Positions 37,960 to 49,184 of a stretch of 60,456 bases of DNA are shown here, one piece after another; the stretch's first letter is position 1; each line of letters begins with the position of its first letter. Location: contig NC_068981.1 of the NCBI RefSeq assembly GCF_001194135.2, forward strand, positions 9,754,600-9,815,055. Reading direction: 5' to 3'. The translations under genes were made by a program, and so were the position numbers. Under the pieces are notes generated by a model. The model had not been told where the DNA came from, did no database searches, and saw nothing but the letters and a program-made list of their open reading frames with translations. Source of the DNA: Octopus bimaculoides (taxonomy: Eukaryota).

Positions 37960-38310
37960 AAAACGAGTACCGACAATAAATCGCCTGACAATTCAGCGCC
38001 GACAATTCAGCGTTAGATATTTCAGCGCATAGTCATTTCAGCACATAGACAATTCAGTGCATGTAATATATATATAATTTATCATTACTTTATATTGGTG
38101 TTGACTGTATATCTAAAACACATGTGCATGCAACCTACAAAGACAGCAGTCATAGAATAGATTAACTATGTATGTATGTCTGTATGTATGTAATGTATGT
38201 ATGGGTATTTATATATGTATGTCTGTAAAATGTTGTTTCAAGAAACATTTCATAGAAACTCTGGGATGCCCTGCGCTGAATTATCGAGCGCTGAATTGTC
38301 GCGCTACGGA
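37960..38310. mobile_element. Foldback/MULE-like MITE with sub-terminal 14-bp tandem units in inverted orientation
   Basis: About six GACAATTCAGCGC-like units at 37971-38060 and two reverse-complement units at 38273-38301. Confidence 0.55.
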
Positions 38311-40730
38311 AAACTTAACTCTGTAAAGTATATCCAGCAATATTTCTATTGCTAGCCTTGTGACTGGCACGAACTGATTAGATTTTGGGATCGATTCGTT
38401 ACTGTACGAGGATTCTGGATTGTTTTTCCTGGATTTTTTTCTTTACTTAATTTTTAGTATTTTCATTTGTGAGGGCAGTCGAGTTTATTTCAGTTATTCT
38501 CATTTTAAAAATCATCTCCGGCTAATCATTGAGAGGACGCTGGTGTTGCTTTGGTGGAGGTTTGCGCTCTCTGAGCTCTCTTGTTTACATTCACTTTCTA
38601 AAAAACAAAATGCTACAAGCTGTCCTAATTTAGTAGTTACAAAACTTTTGTTTAATAGACTCATAAATTCAAAATGACCGTATGAGCCTCATGAAAATTT
38701 CACTGTTATATTAAAGAAAAATAGGTAATTAAATGTTAAAGTAACAGCTGTCACAACACCACAATGTTTAAAAAAATTAACTTGGTCACTGCTGCGCCAA
38801 TGCCGTTTCTGAGAGTAACCTGAAACTATTGATATTAAGGCGCTATTGAGGCTGTTCATAGCAGCAGGAGTTTTCCTGAAGTAAACACTGTATTTGCATT
38901 TAACAAAGAGATTTCTTGATAATTTTGCCTGAAGAAATAAGAAATACGATATTGGTTCTCCCATTTCTCGTAAACTATTGCATTATAGATGCAGGCATTC
39001 CTACCCCACACATTGTCACATGGACACACTAAGACACACACGTACACATACAACGCAAGCCCACATGTTCATATTTTCTTTCATTTAATTACATTTCACA
39101 CCATATATATATGTGCATGTGTGTATGTGTGTGTGTGTGTGTGTGCGCGCGCGCGCTTTATAGAAAGACTTAACAGTTATTTGGAGTTTCACGTAACCTA
39201 TCATCGGGTAGTCGTGAGTTTTAGAACAATGCAATGATTTATAACTATGAATAAATATTCCTTTAATGCATACATGCATAAAATTTGTCTGTAGGTTGCT
39301 TCTAATTTACTTCGTGGATAATTTAATTCAATATTGAACAGTATTCTTACTTTTAAAGGTTTCAATTTTAAAGTAGTAAATCTTTAAATCTATAAAATAA
39401 TGTTTACACTTGTGTGTGTTAAAATAGAAAATTGTATGAAAAATGAATTCAAACAGTCATATTTTTTATCAGTATTGATTTCACCCCTAATAAATTTTAT
39501 GTGCATGTGCTTAAAATAACAAGCGCTAAACGAAGTGGAAGAAGAGAAAAAACAAAGTAAAACTTTGTTTTGAGCAACTTACATTTAGATATAACATTTT
39601 AAAGGGTGTAAATCCTACTGAATGTCATAAGTTATGAAATAAGTAATTTAGAACCTTGTACATCTGTTTGTATGCAGCTACGTAAACATTAAAAAAACAT
39701 ATTTTGCTGAGGGTAAGCTAGACTTCGCCTCTCCAAAGCATATAATTACAGGTATGTATGATGTATGAATATATAATGATAGGACAAGCTTTGTATTTTT
39801 TTTATCCTTTCATATTATATATATTTGTCATATTGTCATCCAGAAAAGTATATTTTGCGATGGGCGAGTTTCTTTCTCAGAACGGTCCTTATGACAACTT
39901 GGATTAATAATTTGAAAGTCTTGGCCCATGTTCCCATGTAGATCATTAGCATATCGAGTAGAAAGCTTTTTACTTCTCTGAACGCGGCGCTCTACAATCA
40001 AATTTCGCCAACACCGACTTTGGGTGTCATTTCTTCGAGGTCGATAGAAAAGGCATTAGTCCAATCTAAAATGATTGGTAGAAATGTAAGCATATCAAAC
40101 ATGGTACCCTGTGGTATTTGTTGTTTTTGTGTGTTCTGAGTTCAAATCTTGCCGCAGCTGACTTAAATGGTAGACTTAATTCATTGCTCGGTTTAACATC
40201 ACACCACCAGACACCTTTCGCAGCATTAAAGATGACAATTCTGGTATAACCATCCGAACCAGGCCTTCGGTTTGAGAACACCTCCCTCTGTCTGCGCAGT
40301 CCACTAGTCTCGGAGGTCTAATGACGGATCCTGGGTACTCCCACCTTTAAGGAGAAATAGAAATGAAATCGAATATTATGAGCAAGTACAATTTCATTGC
40401 GAAAGTTCCAAATTTGTTCCAATTGTAGTTTGCTTGAAATATTCTTTTCAAACCCACTTCGTGACACCTTAGTGTTTAAAGTAGTAAATCTTTAAATCTA
40501 TAAAATAATGTTTACACTTGTGTGTGTTTTCCACTAAATCTCCGGACTGTCCAATGCTATGTAAGTGAATTTGGTACACAAGAACTGTGGTATACATACA
40601 CGCACACACTCACGCCTACATATATATGTGTGTGTGTGTGTGTGTTCACTCACACCGCATGACAACCGATGTTGGTTTCTTTACATCTCCGTAGCCTATC
40701 AGTTCGGAAAAAACGAGAGCAGTAGAATAA

Positions 40731-41136
40731 TTACTCTTTTACTCTTTTACAGGTTTCAGCCATTTGACTATGGCCATGCTGGAGCACCGCCTTTAGTCGA
40801 GCAAATCGACCCCAGGACTTATTCTTTGTAAGCCTAGTACTTATTCTATCGGTGTCTTTTGCCGAACCGCTACGTTATGGGGACGTAAACACACCTGCAT
40901 CGGTTGTCAAGTGATGTTGGGGGGGACAAACACAGACACACAAGCGTATACACACACACATACATACATATATATATATAACGGGCTTCTTTCAGTTTCC
41001 GTCTACCAAATCCACTCATAAGGCTTTGGTCGGCCCGAGGCTATAGTAGAAGACAGTTGCCCAAGGTGCCACGCAGTGGGACTGAACCCAGAACCATGTG
41101 GTTGGTAAGCAAGCTACTTACCACACAGCCACTCCT
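40731..41136 (-). mobile_element. SINE family A, full-length young copy
   Basis: Reverse complement runs GGAGTGGCTGTGTGGTAAGTAGC...GGGTTCAGTCCCAC...GGCACCTTGGGCAA...GGTGCTCCAGCATGGCC...(GAGTAAAA)n; very similar to 53533-53900. Confidence 0.95.
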
Positions 41137-41997
41137 ACTCCTTATCTAACTTTTTTAGAAAAATAAGTTGTGTTCATGATTTGTTCGACTGAACGCTTCA
41201 ACATCGTGCCCCAGCATGGTCACAGTCAAATGACTGAAACAACTAAGAAAAAAAAAAGAGATAAATATTATTCTGTCTGGAGTATTAAAAAACCCACGAC
41301 TTGATAATCCGATTGATACCGCATAAGCTGAACGTGATGTATTTATCAAAGTTCATTCTAACGATATTGTTCAAATTCTCATTCACTTGCAGTTTTGCGG
41401 GGAAGTGCACGCACTTGCATTGATTGCAGAAGGATGAAAGACAAAGTCGAGCCTATAAGCATTTGCACTCAGAACATAAAGGCAAACATCAAAATAACGA
41501 AAAAATATTTTGTCTCTCAATCTATCGGTCCACCTCTCTCTATTCCAACGATATTATTGAAATATATATCCAAGCATTAGTTTGAAGACGGGTACTCCAA
41601 AATATCCAGTGATATTTGTAGATTATTCTATAGCTACCTGAAGTTTAGTAAAAATAGTGAATTATGAGCAAAATAACTTGAATATTTCAAATCTTGTTTG
41701 TTTAAAATATTTTCAGAGCAGATATATAATTTCTGATTTTTTTTTCTTCAGTTTTTTTTTGTTTGTTTGTTTCATGTCATTTTGATATTTCCAGCGAAGG
41801 ATAATTTGAGTATTGTGACGATGGGAACTTTTCTAATGGCATTACAAAATGTCACACAGATGTTGAAGCGATTCCTCTGGGGAATTATAACACAACGAGC
41901 ATTACTATCCTATTTTCATTAGAAATAATCTAAGTACTACTTAGCAATGACATTATTCTTTAATGGATATAACCACGTGTGTATGTACGTATGTATC

Positions 41998-41998
<1 letters not shown>

Positions 41999-42071
<73 letters not shown>
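41999..42071. repeat. (TA)n(TG)n microsatellite
   Basis: Direct read. Confidence 0.95.
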
Positions 42072-42072
<1 letters not shown>

Positions 42073-42075
42073 ATA

Positions 42076-43085
42076 CAGACACGACAGCAGTAAATAGACA
42101 CACTTATAATCATTAAAATTTATTTAAATCTGAAATTATACATTCAAATTAATTGTTATAATGTGAATATTTAATATTTAGTAGACATGCCCTTTATATT
42201 TTTCAATGCAAGGACTCTATTAGGCATGTTACTAATTAGATGACGAATATCCTGTTGTGGAATTTCTAGTCAAGTGACTGACTTGGCCATGGAAGCTGTT
42301 TAATGCCATTCTCATCCAACAAATCTTCAGTCATTTTAGCCGTGTGACAAGGAGCCCTGTCTTCCATAAATAAAGAGTCATCTTTAATCATTTCACCGCT
42401 GGAGAAGATTGGAAGGAGTCCTTTCTGTAATATGGACACATATTTATTTGAGTTTGTTTCCCTCACACTCCACTTGCTCTGATCAACCATTGCTCCAAAT
42501 TGCTCTCCAGATCAACACAGAATAGCTGCCGTGTTTCATTGTTGGCTGCAATTTTTAAACATCAAATTCTTGATCACAGTGTCTCCAGACCCACACGCGA
42601 CCACTGTCAGAAAATACAGCAAATCTGGACTCATTGAAGAATATGACAGTGTGCCAAAATGCTAGTGACCTCTCCACCACCTTGCTGGCCCAATCTTTTC
42701 TCCGCTTGAAATTAACTGGTCGAAGATATGGCTTCTTTCTTGCTGCTCTGCATAGTAACCAAATTTGTGGAGATACTTAATAGCAGTTCTGGGACTGACA
42801 TCTACTTGTTCTGCTATGTGAGAGGCCTTGCAGCGAAGATTATCTTCCACATTTTCCTTAGCAAAGAGAAAGGTCCTGTCAGAGAGCCCTAGTTGATCTG
42901 GATGAGGTGATGTGGACTCCTTCCCCTCCCTGGTGAATTGCACAATCACTCTATTAACTGTAGAAAGCGGGATCCCAACGTTTTCTGCGATTTTACGCTG
43001 ACTATGTCCACCTTTAGAATGACGCACAATACGGCCTCTTTGAGATTCAGACAGTTCCAAGGCTTCTTTTGTACCTGATTAAACA
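42076..43085 (-). mobile_element. Tc1-like DNA transposon, one TIR retained, other end lost
   Basis: TA|CAGACACGACAGCAGTAAATAGACAC (42076-42101) resembles a Tc1 TIR; transposase motifs follow on the minus strand. Confidence 0.85.
42171..43060 (-). pseudogene. Tc1 transposase pseudogene
   Basis: [11 protein letters not shown]...[20 protein letters not shown] (HTH), WHTVIFFNESRF..FSDSGRVWVWR, LQPTMKHG, FMEDRAPCH, WPSQSLD, LISNMPNRVLAL..YKGMSTKY*; stops, frameshifts and an internal deletion. Confidence 0.88.
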
Positions 43086-43086
43086 G

Positions 43087-43660
43087 TCACATATAAAACC
43101 TAAGTGAAGGCTCGGAATTCACATTCCAGCAAGGACAAAAATTCTCAATCAAAACTAACTTCACATGTGCCTCCCACAACCTTATCTATGTCCTAACCTG
43201 CTCAAGTTGTGGCCATAATTATGTAGGCCAAACGAGCCCTTCTTTGAGACGCAGAGTCACGTTGCATAAGGAACAGTTTCACTTCCCCCAGTACAGGCAA
43301 ATTGCACTGAGCGGACATATTGACAGATGCGCAGGGGATAAAACGCCGAATTTCCTTATCTTCCCCCTGTACCAATGCAAAGATTCAATTTCAGTGCAAG
43401 AACGACTAAATAAAGAGAACTTATTCATTCAAAAATATAAACCACACCTCAATATTCAAATCTGACAACCTTAAAAACTATCCTAAGGAATTAGTTATCC
43501 CCCTTGACACCCATTACCTCCCTTGGTTCACTCTCTAAACCCTTTCTTATTTTTCAAACAGCCAAGATGGCGAAACTCCTTCATCATGCGAATTAATCAC
43601 TATACAATGCCCCTTGAAAAGCTAATTTGAATAGCGAAAACCGGTTGGATTTTACAAGAC
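43087..43660 (+). mobile_element. Penelope-like element 3' fragment (GIY-YIG endonuclease plus 3' region)
   Basis: FTCASHNLIYVLTCSSCGHNYVGQTSPSLRRRVTLHKEQ...H...RLNKENLFIQKYKPHLN* (to 43465); degenerate hammerhead-like fold at 43609-43648. Confidence 0.85.
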
Positions 43661-43917
43661 TCATATAATATGTATATATTTATATAAAAAATATTAAACT
43701 ATGTGAAACGAAGGCATTTTTNNNNNNNNNNNNNNNNNNNNNNNNNNNNNNNNNNNNNNNNNNNNNNNNNNNNNNNNNNNNNNNNNNNNNNNNNNNNNNN
43801 NNNNNNNNNNNNNNNNNNNNNNNNNNNNNNNNNNNNNNNNNNNNNNNNNNNNNNNNNNNNNNNNNNNNNNNNNNNNNNNNNNNNNNNNNNNNNNNNNNNN
43901 NNNNNNNNNNNNNNNNN

Positions 43918-43958
<41 letters not shown>

Positions 43959-43999
43959 ATGTATGTATGTATGTATGTATGTATCTATGTACACACACA

Positions 44000-44410
44000 C
44001 ACACAGACATACTTTCCAGCACCGCCAGCATTGCCCAAACGACTTTAACATTAGATTCAGAATTCGCCTAAGGCTCGGGTCACTTGCCATACGTCTCCAA
44101 CATAATTCAGGATCACAGCCTACAAATTCACTGCAAAACAATTTCTTTTCATCAACAAGCTTTGCTCTATTTAACATTGTCCTAAAACAAATCAAAGCAA
44201 AAAATCCCATCACCTTCAAACGAAACCTGAACAAGTTTCTTCAAGAGATATCAGATAAGCCAGCTATACCAGGATACACCTCAGTCAACAAAAACTCCCT
44301 ACTTGAATGGGCCATGATACCATAAAACTTGACATATAAATAATTTAGCAGATCTTACCAGGTGGTGCTATAAAGTAAGATATGACCTGGGCCATTCTGG
44401 CCGAAACATA
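44000..44410 (+). mobile_element. CR1/L2-type LINE 3' end
   Basis: NNFFSSTSFALFNIVLKQIK...TFKRNLNKFLQEISDKPAIPGYTSVNKNSLLEW*, followed by a short stem-loop GGCCattctGGCCGAAAC. Confidence 0.75.
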
Positions 44411-46254
44411 TCTAAGTGTACTTTCGCTTTGTATTTATAATTTTACCTTTTATGGTGCTTTATTCTTGCTAGATAGTAATATTATTTTTAATAATATTTA
44501 TATCTCCTGCATACCTTTTCTTTGATCTTGGTTCGAATATGTACTGAGGCTTTCAGCCGAGTCAAAAAGCGATGTAGTGATTATTTTAAAATTTCGGTCG
44601 TTAACGGTAGATTCAACTGAAGATGACCAATCGGATTCGCGCCTATGCACGTGATCCGAAAAGTCTAAAACTGCAGTATTGAATTATCCTTCATTCCTCT
44701 AACGGTTTCCGCAGAGGTAAGACAAAATTTTCCCATATTCAGCGCCCGCAAACATCTCTGTGAACTCTACATAGCGTCGATAACTTACGGGCTGTTCTAG
44801 CAATGATCGTATCCCGTGAACATTAGCTTTGTGTGTGCGTGTATATATATATATATATATATNNNNNNNNNNNNNNNNNNNNNNNNNNNNNNNNNNNNNN
44901 NNNNNNNNNNNNNNNNNNNNNNNNNNNNNNNNNNNNNNNNNNNNNNNNNNNNNNNNNNNNNNNNNNNNNNNNNNNNNNNNNNNNNNNNNNNNNNNNNNNN
45001 NNNNNNNNNNNNNNNNNNNNNNNNNNNNNNNNNNNNNNNNNNNNNNACACACACATGAAAGAATTTCTTTTGTAGCTGTTCTGCAGGTATCTTTTGACGT
45101 AATTAGCAGTTATATTTTGCGTCGTTGTAGATTTTTTCGGGTAAGTTGCTGATATTTAAAAGGAGAATGTTTGATTTGTATCAGGTTATTTACAATTTGT
45201 CTTCGTTGTTTACTGTTGCCATCTTGAAAAACACCGGCATTTCTAAACAGTATACACTCGTATCTTTCATCTGAAGCAAGAACAACAATACATGAAATAA
45301 TCCTTAATTGTACCGAAAATAAAAGAAAAAGAACTATTTCTGATTATAAACAAACTGGTTGCAATACTGCCTAACAGAAATACACTTCCGCAGCTGCCAA
45401 ACAAAGAAACGACAGCAAGAACTTAAGGTGATACTGGCAAGCTATTATCAAATACCTCACCGCCCCCCTCCCCCATAATGAGCTCCGTATTTACCAAATT
45501 TTTAGAATAATTAAAGAAAATTATTTAAATATTATTATAGATTAAAATTTTATTGACCATCGACTTTTTTAATACTTTTTAATTGCACTATAAAATTAAT
45601 TCCACCGAAATCTAAATTAATGAATAATAAATTATCTAAATCTACAGAAAGATAAAAGTAAATAATCTGCTTCCAGAAGATTAAAATAATTGACCAGTGA
45701 CTGTTTATTTTACAATAGCTATGGTAAACCTTATTGTAAAGCTAAAACCATGATAACGCCGGAGGACCTTCAGAATCGATAAATAGAACGTGAAAGTTTT
45801 TTTTTTTTTAATTTCCGATCGAATACCTCCGTTCGTTAATGCTTTCGTCATTGACTGCATTCGTTCTTTGTTGTCTGATAAAAGTAAACTCCTTAAGTTT
45901 TTAAATCATGCTTTCGAATTTCATGCTGATAATGAATAATATCAATGAAGATAATGCCACTGAATTTCCATTAAAAAGAAAGTGGCACTCGTGCTAGAAT
46001 GATGTGCTCCCACTTAGATGAATGCCTGTATAGAAACTAGTTTGACGTATCTGTAACACCATTACAGAACTTTGAGACCTTACTACTAAGTCGTATCAGT
46101 CAGCAATATCTTGCAAAGGAAAATATCAGTAAGTATTCAAGAAAATAAATATTGGATAATGAAAATATTATGACTTCATTTCTAAGTCATTTTGTAAAAT
46201 TTCAAGAATTGTGTTGTTTTGATTTTATAGAAAACACATACCTTATATATAGAA

Positions 46255-46291
<37 letters not shown>

Positions 46292-46775
46292 TACGTGTGT
46301 TTGCTAAAAAAAATGAAAGCAGATTCAATTTCAGTTTCTTTTTTCAACTAACACACATATATATAAGGTAAGAACTTACTAAAGAAAAATTATTCATGTG
46401 AATCCCCTAAAGTGATGAAAGTGCGAAACAAATAGTTCATATCGAAATCCTGACTGCCTCCTTTTTCTTTATATATATATANNNNNNNNNNNNNNNNNNN
46501 NNNNNNNNNNNNNNNNTATGTAGGTGTTTCTAACATCCTTGGTCATATTTAATAACAATTTTAGTTTTCCAATTTGGTAAAACATTGCACACTGCTGCCT
46601 ATATTGATTATATATATACGTTTATATATACACACACACACATGCACTTACTAAACATAAACACACATAGAGAGATACGCATGCGCAAATAAAGACGCAT
46701 ACAATAGGAATACAAAATACAAAATGGTTGATCGTTATTAAGGAGGGACACACAAATAAAAAAGAAGAAAGCAAA

Positions 46776-46820
46776 GGACCACTGATGAGGTCACAGAAGT
46801 GTGACGAAAGAACGCTGGCC
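46776..46820 (+). ncRNA. Candidate degenerate minimal hammerhead ribozyme
   Basis: GGACCA-CUGAUGA-G-GUCACA(GAAG)UGUGAC-GAAA-GAACGC-UGGCC: perfect 6-bp stem II and partial stem I, but stem III and the cleavage triplet are damaged. Confidence 0.45.
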
Positions 46821-46964
46821 GAAGTATGATGAATGTAATATAAAGCTGAAGCAAATTAACGCCAAATATATAGTGCGCGTGTTTTTATTGGCTAAACTGG
46901 CAACATGACCATCCCCAAATACAACAATATATATATATATATATATAGATATAGATAGATAATT

Positions 46965-47340
46965 TGACATATGGAGTTATGCCTTCTCTTAATTAGTAAG
47001 TAGCCAATGTGTTTATCGTGTGACAAAACTTCAAATGGAAAATGAAACCTCCAAGAAGGCTTACTTAATCATTTCCAACAAAGGTCTCAGATAAAATAAA
47101 CATATGTAGGCCGCTTTCAGGAGTTAAAAGTAAATATGAAAACCTATCCACAAACAATAAGCTGATTCTGAAACAAGTTAACCAACTCGAGAAACGATTC
47201 TTCGTCTCTTTCACAATTTCAAAATTAATCGTCAACTGTGAAAAACCAAATACTCTTCGTGAGGCTATAGTCTTATCAGCCGTAAATAAATTTAAAATAG
47301 TAAAAGGAACCGTGGTAAATATAATGTAACAGTATTAAAT
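46965..47340 (+). pseudogene. Relic of a Buster/SPIN-type hAT transposase N-terminus
   Basis: Frameshifted peptides PMCLSCDK.SN..MKP, then FTISKLIVNCEKPNTLREAIVLSAV, resembling the family motifs P.C..C...LSN..MKPS and IS.LIAK..KPHTIGE.LILPA. Confidence 0.5.
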
Positions 47341-48544
47341 CCTTTTGGTTATAGTTCATTATGATCAAGAATTCACAAAATATTATATGACATTGAACAA
47401 AAAAATGTTATATGAAAACTGGAGATTTTCGTTTCAAGTCATCAAGTGATAATGAACCTCTGTTAATGACATACGTAAGTCAGTCACGCGGGGCCCATCC
47501 CCATATTTGTTTTTTTTTGCAGTATGACTAGAACTCTATCATTAAATGAGTAATACGTTTTATTAGACCGAGGTGTATGATACAAGATTTGGTTGCTAAT
47601 GTTTTCTTTTCCCTCTGTTCCTTTCCAATAAGTTAATTATTAAGCGCTTTAGATTTACACCTTAAGAGATTGAATCAACAAACAGTTTTAACCAAAATAT
47701 TTCACTGTCTTATATTGCTCTTATCTACTACCGTTGCATCGATTACTTTATCTTTTTGTTATTGTCTTATACATATTATAATTCTGTTAATGTCTTGTGA
47801 AAAATATTGCCGTCTTCAGGCACAGCAATACATCAATCAGAAATTGTGTTTTGTTTGCTTCCGACAAACAGCAAATCAAAAACAAAAAAATACAACGCGT
47901 TTGTTTTTCGAACTTTCTGGAAGCTATTGACAAGGCGGAGAACAGAAGCAAAAGCCTAAGACGCATAACAGTTTCTCTGTATTTGTTTGTGTATATATAT
48001 ACACACGCATTCATATCTGTATTATATTTATGTCTGTATATATATATGGTATATATTTATGATATATATTTACATACATACTTACATATATAAATGTATA
48101 TATATACATATATTTATACANNNNNNNNNNNNNNNNNNNNNNNNNNNNNNNNNNNNNNNNNNNNNNNNNNNNNNNNNNNNNNNNNNNNNNNNNNNNNNNN
48201 NNNNNNNNNNNNNNNNNNNNNNNNNNNNNNNNNNNNNNNNNNNNNNNNNNNNNNNNNNNNNNNNNNNNNNNNNNNNNNNNNNNNNNNNNNNNNNNNNNNN
48301 NNNNNNNNNNNNNNNNNNNNNNNNNNNNNNNNNNNNNNNNNNNNNNNNNNNNNNNNNNNNNNNNNNNNNNNNNNNNNNNNNNNNNNNNNNNNNNNNNNNN
48401 NNNNNNNNNNNNNNNNNNNNNNNNNNNNNNNNNNNNNNNNNNNNNNNNNNNNNNNNNNNNNNNNNNNNNNNNNNNNNNNNNNNNNNNNNNNNNNNNNNNN
48501 NNNNNNNNNNNNNNNNNNNNNNNNNNNNNNNNNNNNNNNNNNNN

Positions 48545-49140
48545 GCATATGTCCAAATGTGGGCGTACGACTACTGCTCCAAACCATGGTCACCACAACA
48601 TATTAAATTGACGCCGGAACTCGAAGCTACACACAGAAAATCTTCTCGATGCAACGTATCAGCTTCTGGGAAAGTCAGAAAGAACTAAAACTCTTCTGAG
48701 AACGAAGTCTGGTAGGCTTTGCAACGAAATAGATCTGGAAAATCTTGGAAGGACTTGTAACAAACTATGGCATTGAAAGTTATACAAACAGCAGAACGGG
48801 GCGCCACTGCACAATGCCAAATATTCCAGCATCTCCATCAAAATACAGGACTAGATACTGCAATAGCTTGGGTTTCAAGGAACCACAGCTCTTCAGTATC
48901 CTTCCAAAATACATGAAAGGTGTGGATGTGGGTGCCTTTAAAACACAACTGGACTTTCCCCTGTCAAGGGTTCCCGATGAGGGCAGGAAATACATGGCAA
49001 GAAATACAATCAGGGCAGCGGCATCAAACTCCCTCGTTCACCAAATGCCATATATCAGAGGAAGTTTCAAATAATGGTGTAACACAGTCAACGATGGTGC
49101 CCCAGCATGACCGCAGCTTTGAAGCTGAACAATTTAGAGA
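48545..49140 (+). mobile_element. CR1-type LINE 3' fragment
   Basis: DYCSKPWSP..IKL..ELEA, then EGLVTNYGIESYTNSRTGRHC...FKEPQLFSILPK...DVGAFKTQLD..LSRVPDE...SNSLVHQ*; 3' UTR with GGTGCCCCAGCATGACCGCAG. Confidence 0.85.
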
Positions 49141-49145
49141 TTCAT

Positions 49146-49149
<4 letters not shown>

Positions 49150-49181
<32 letters not shown>
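49150..49181. repeat. (TA)n microsatellite
   Basis: Direct read. Confidence 0.95.

Positions 49182-49184
<3 letters not shown>

Noticed and set aside
37971-38060. Regularly spaced short repeats as a CRISPR-like array
   Set aside because: Units are 14 bp, nearly contiguous with no spacers, in eukaryotic DNA with no cas genes.
41795-41925. Possible exon after TTTCCAG with a 40-codon open frame
   Set aside because: No donor site and no recognisable protein similarity.
45422-45900. TTAAGG...CCTTAA as Kolobok or piggyBac termini
   Set aside because: The sequences inside the TTAA sites are not inverted repeats.
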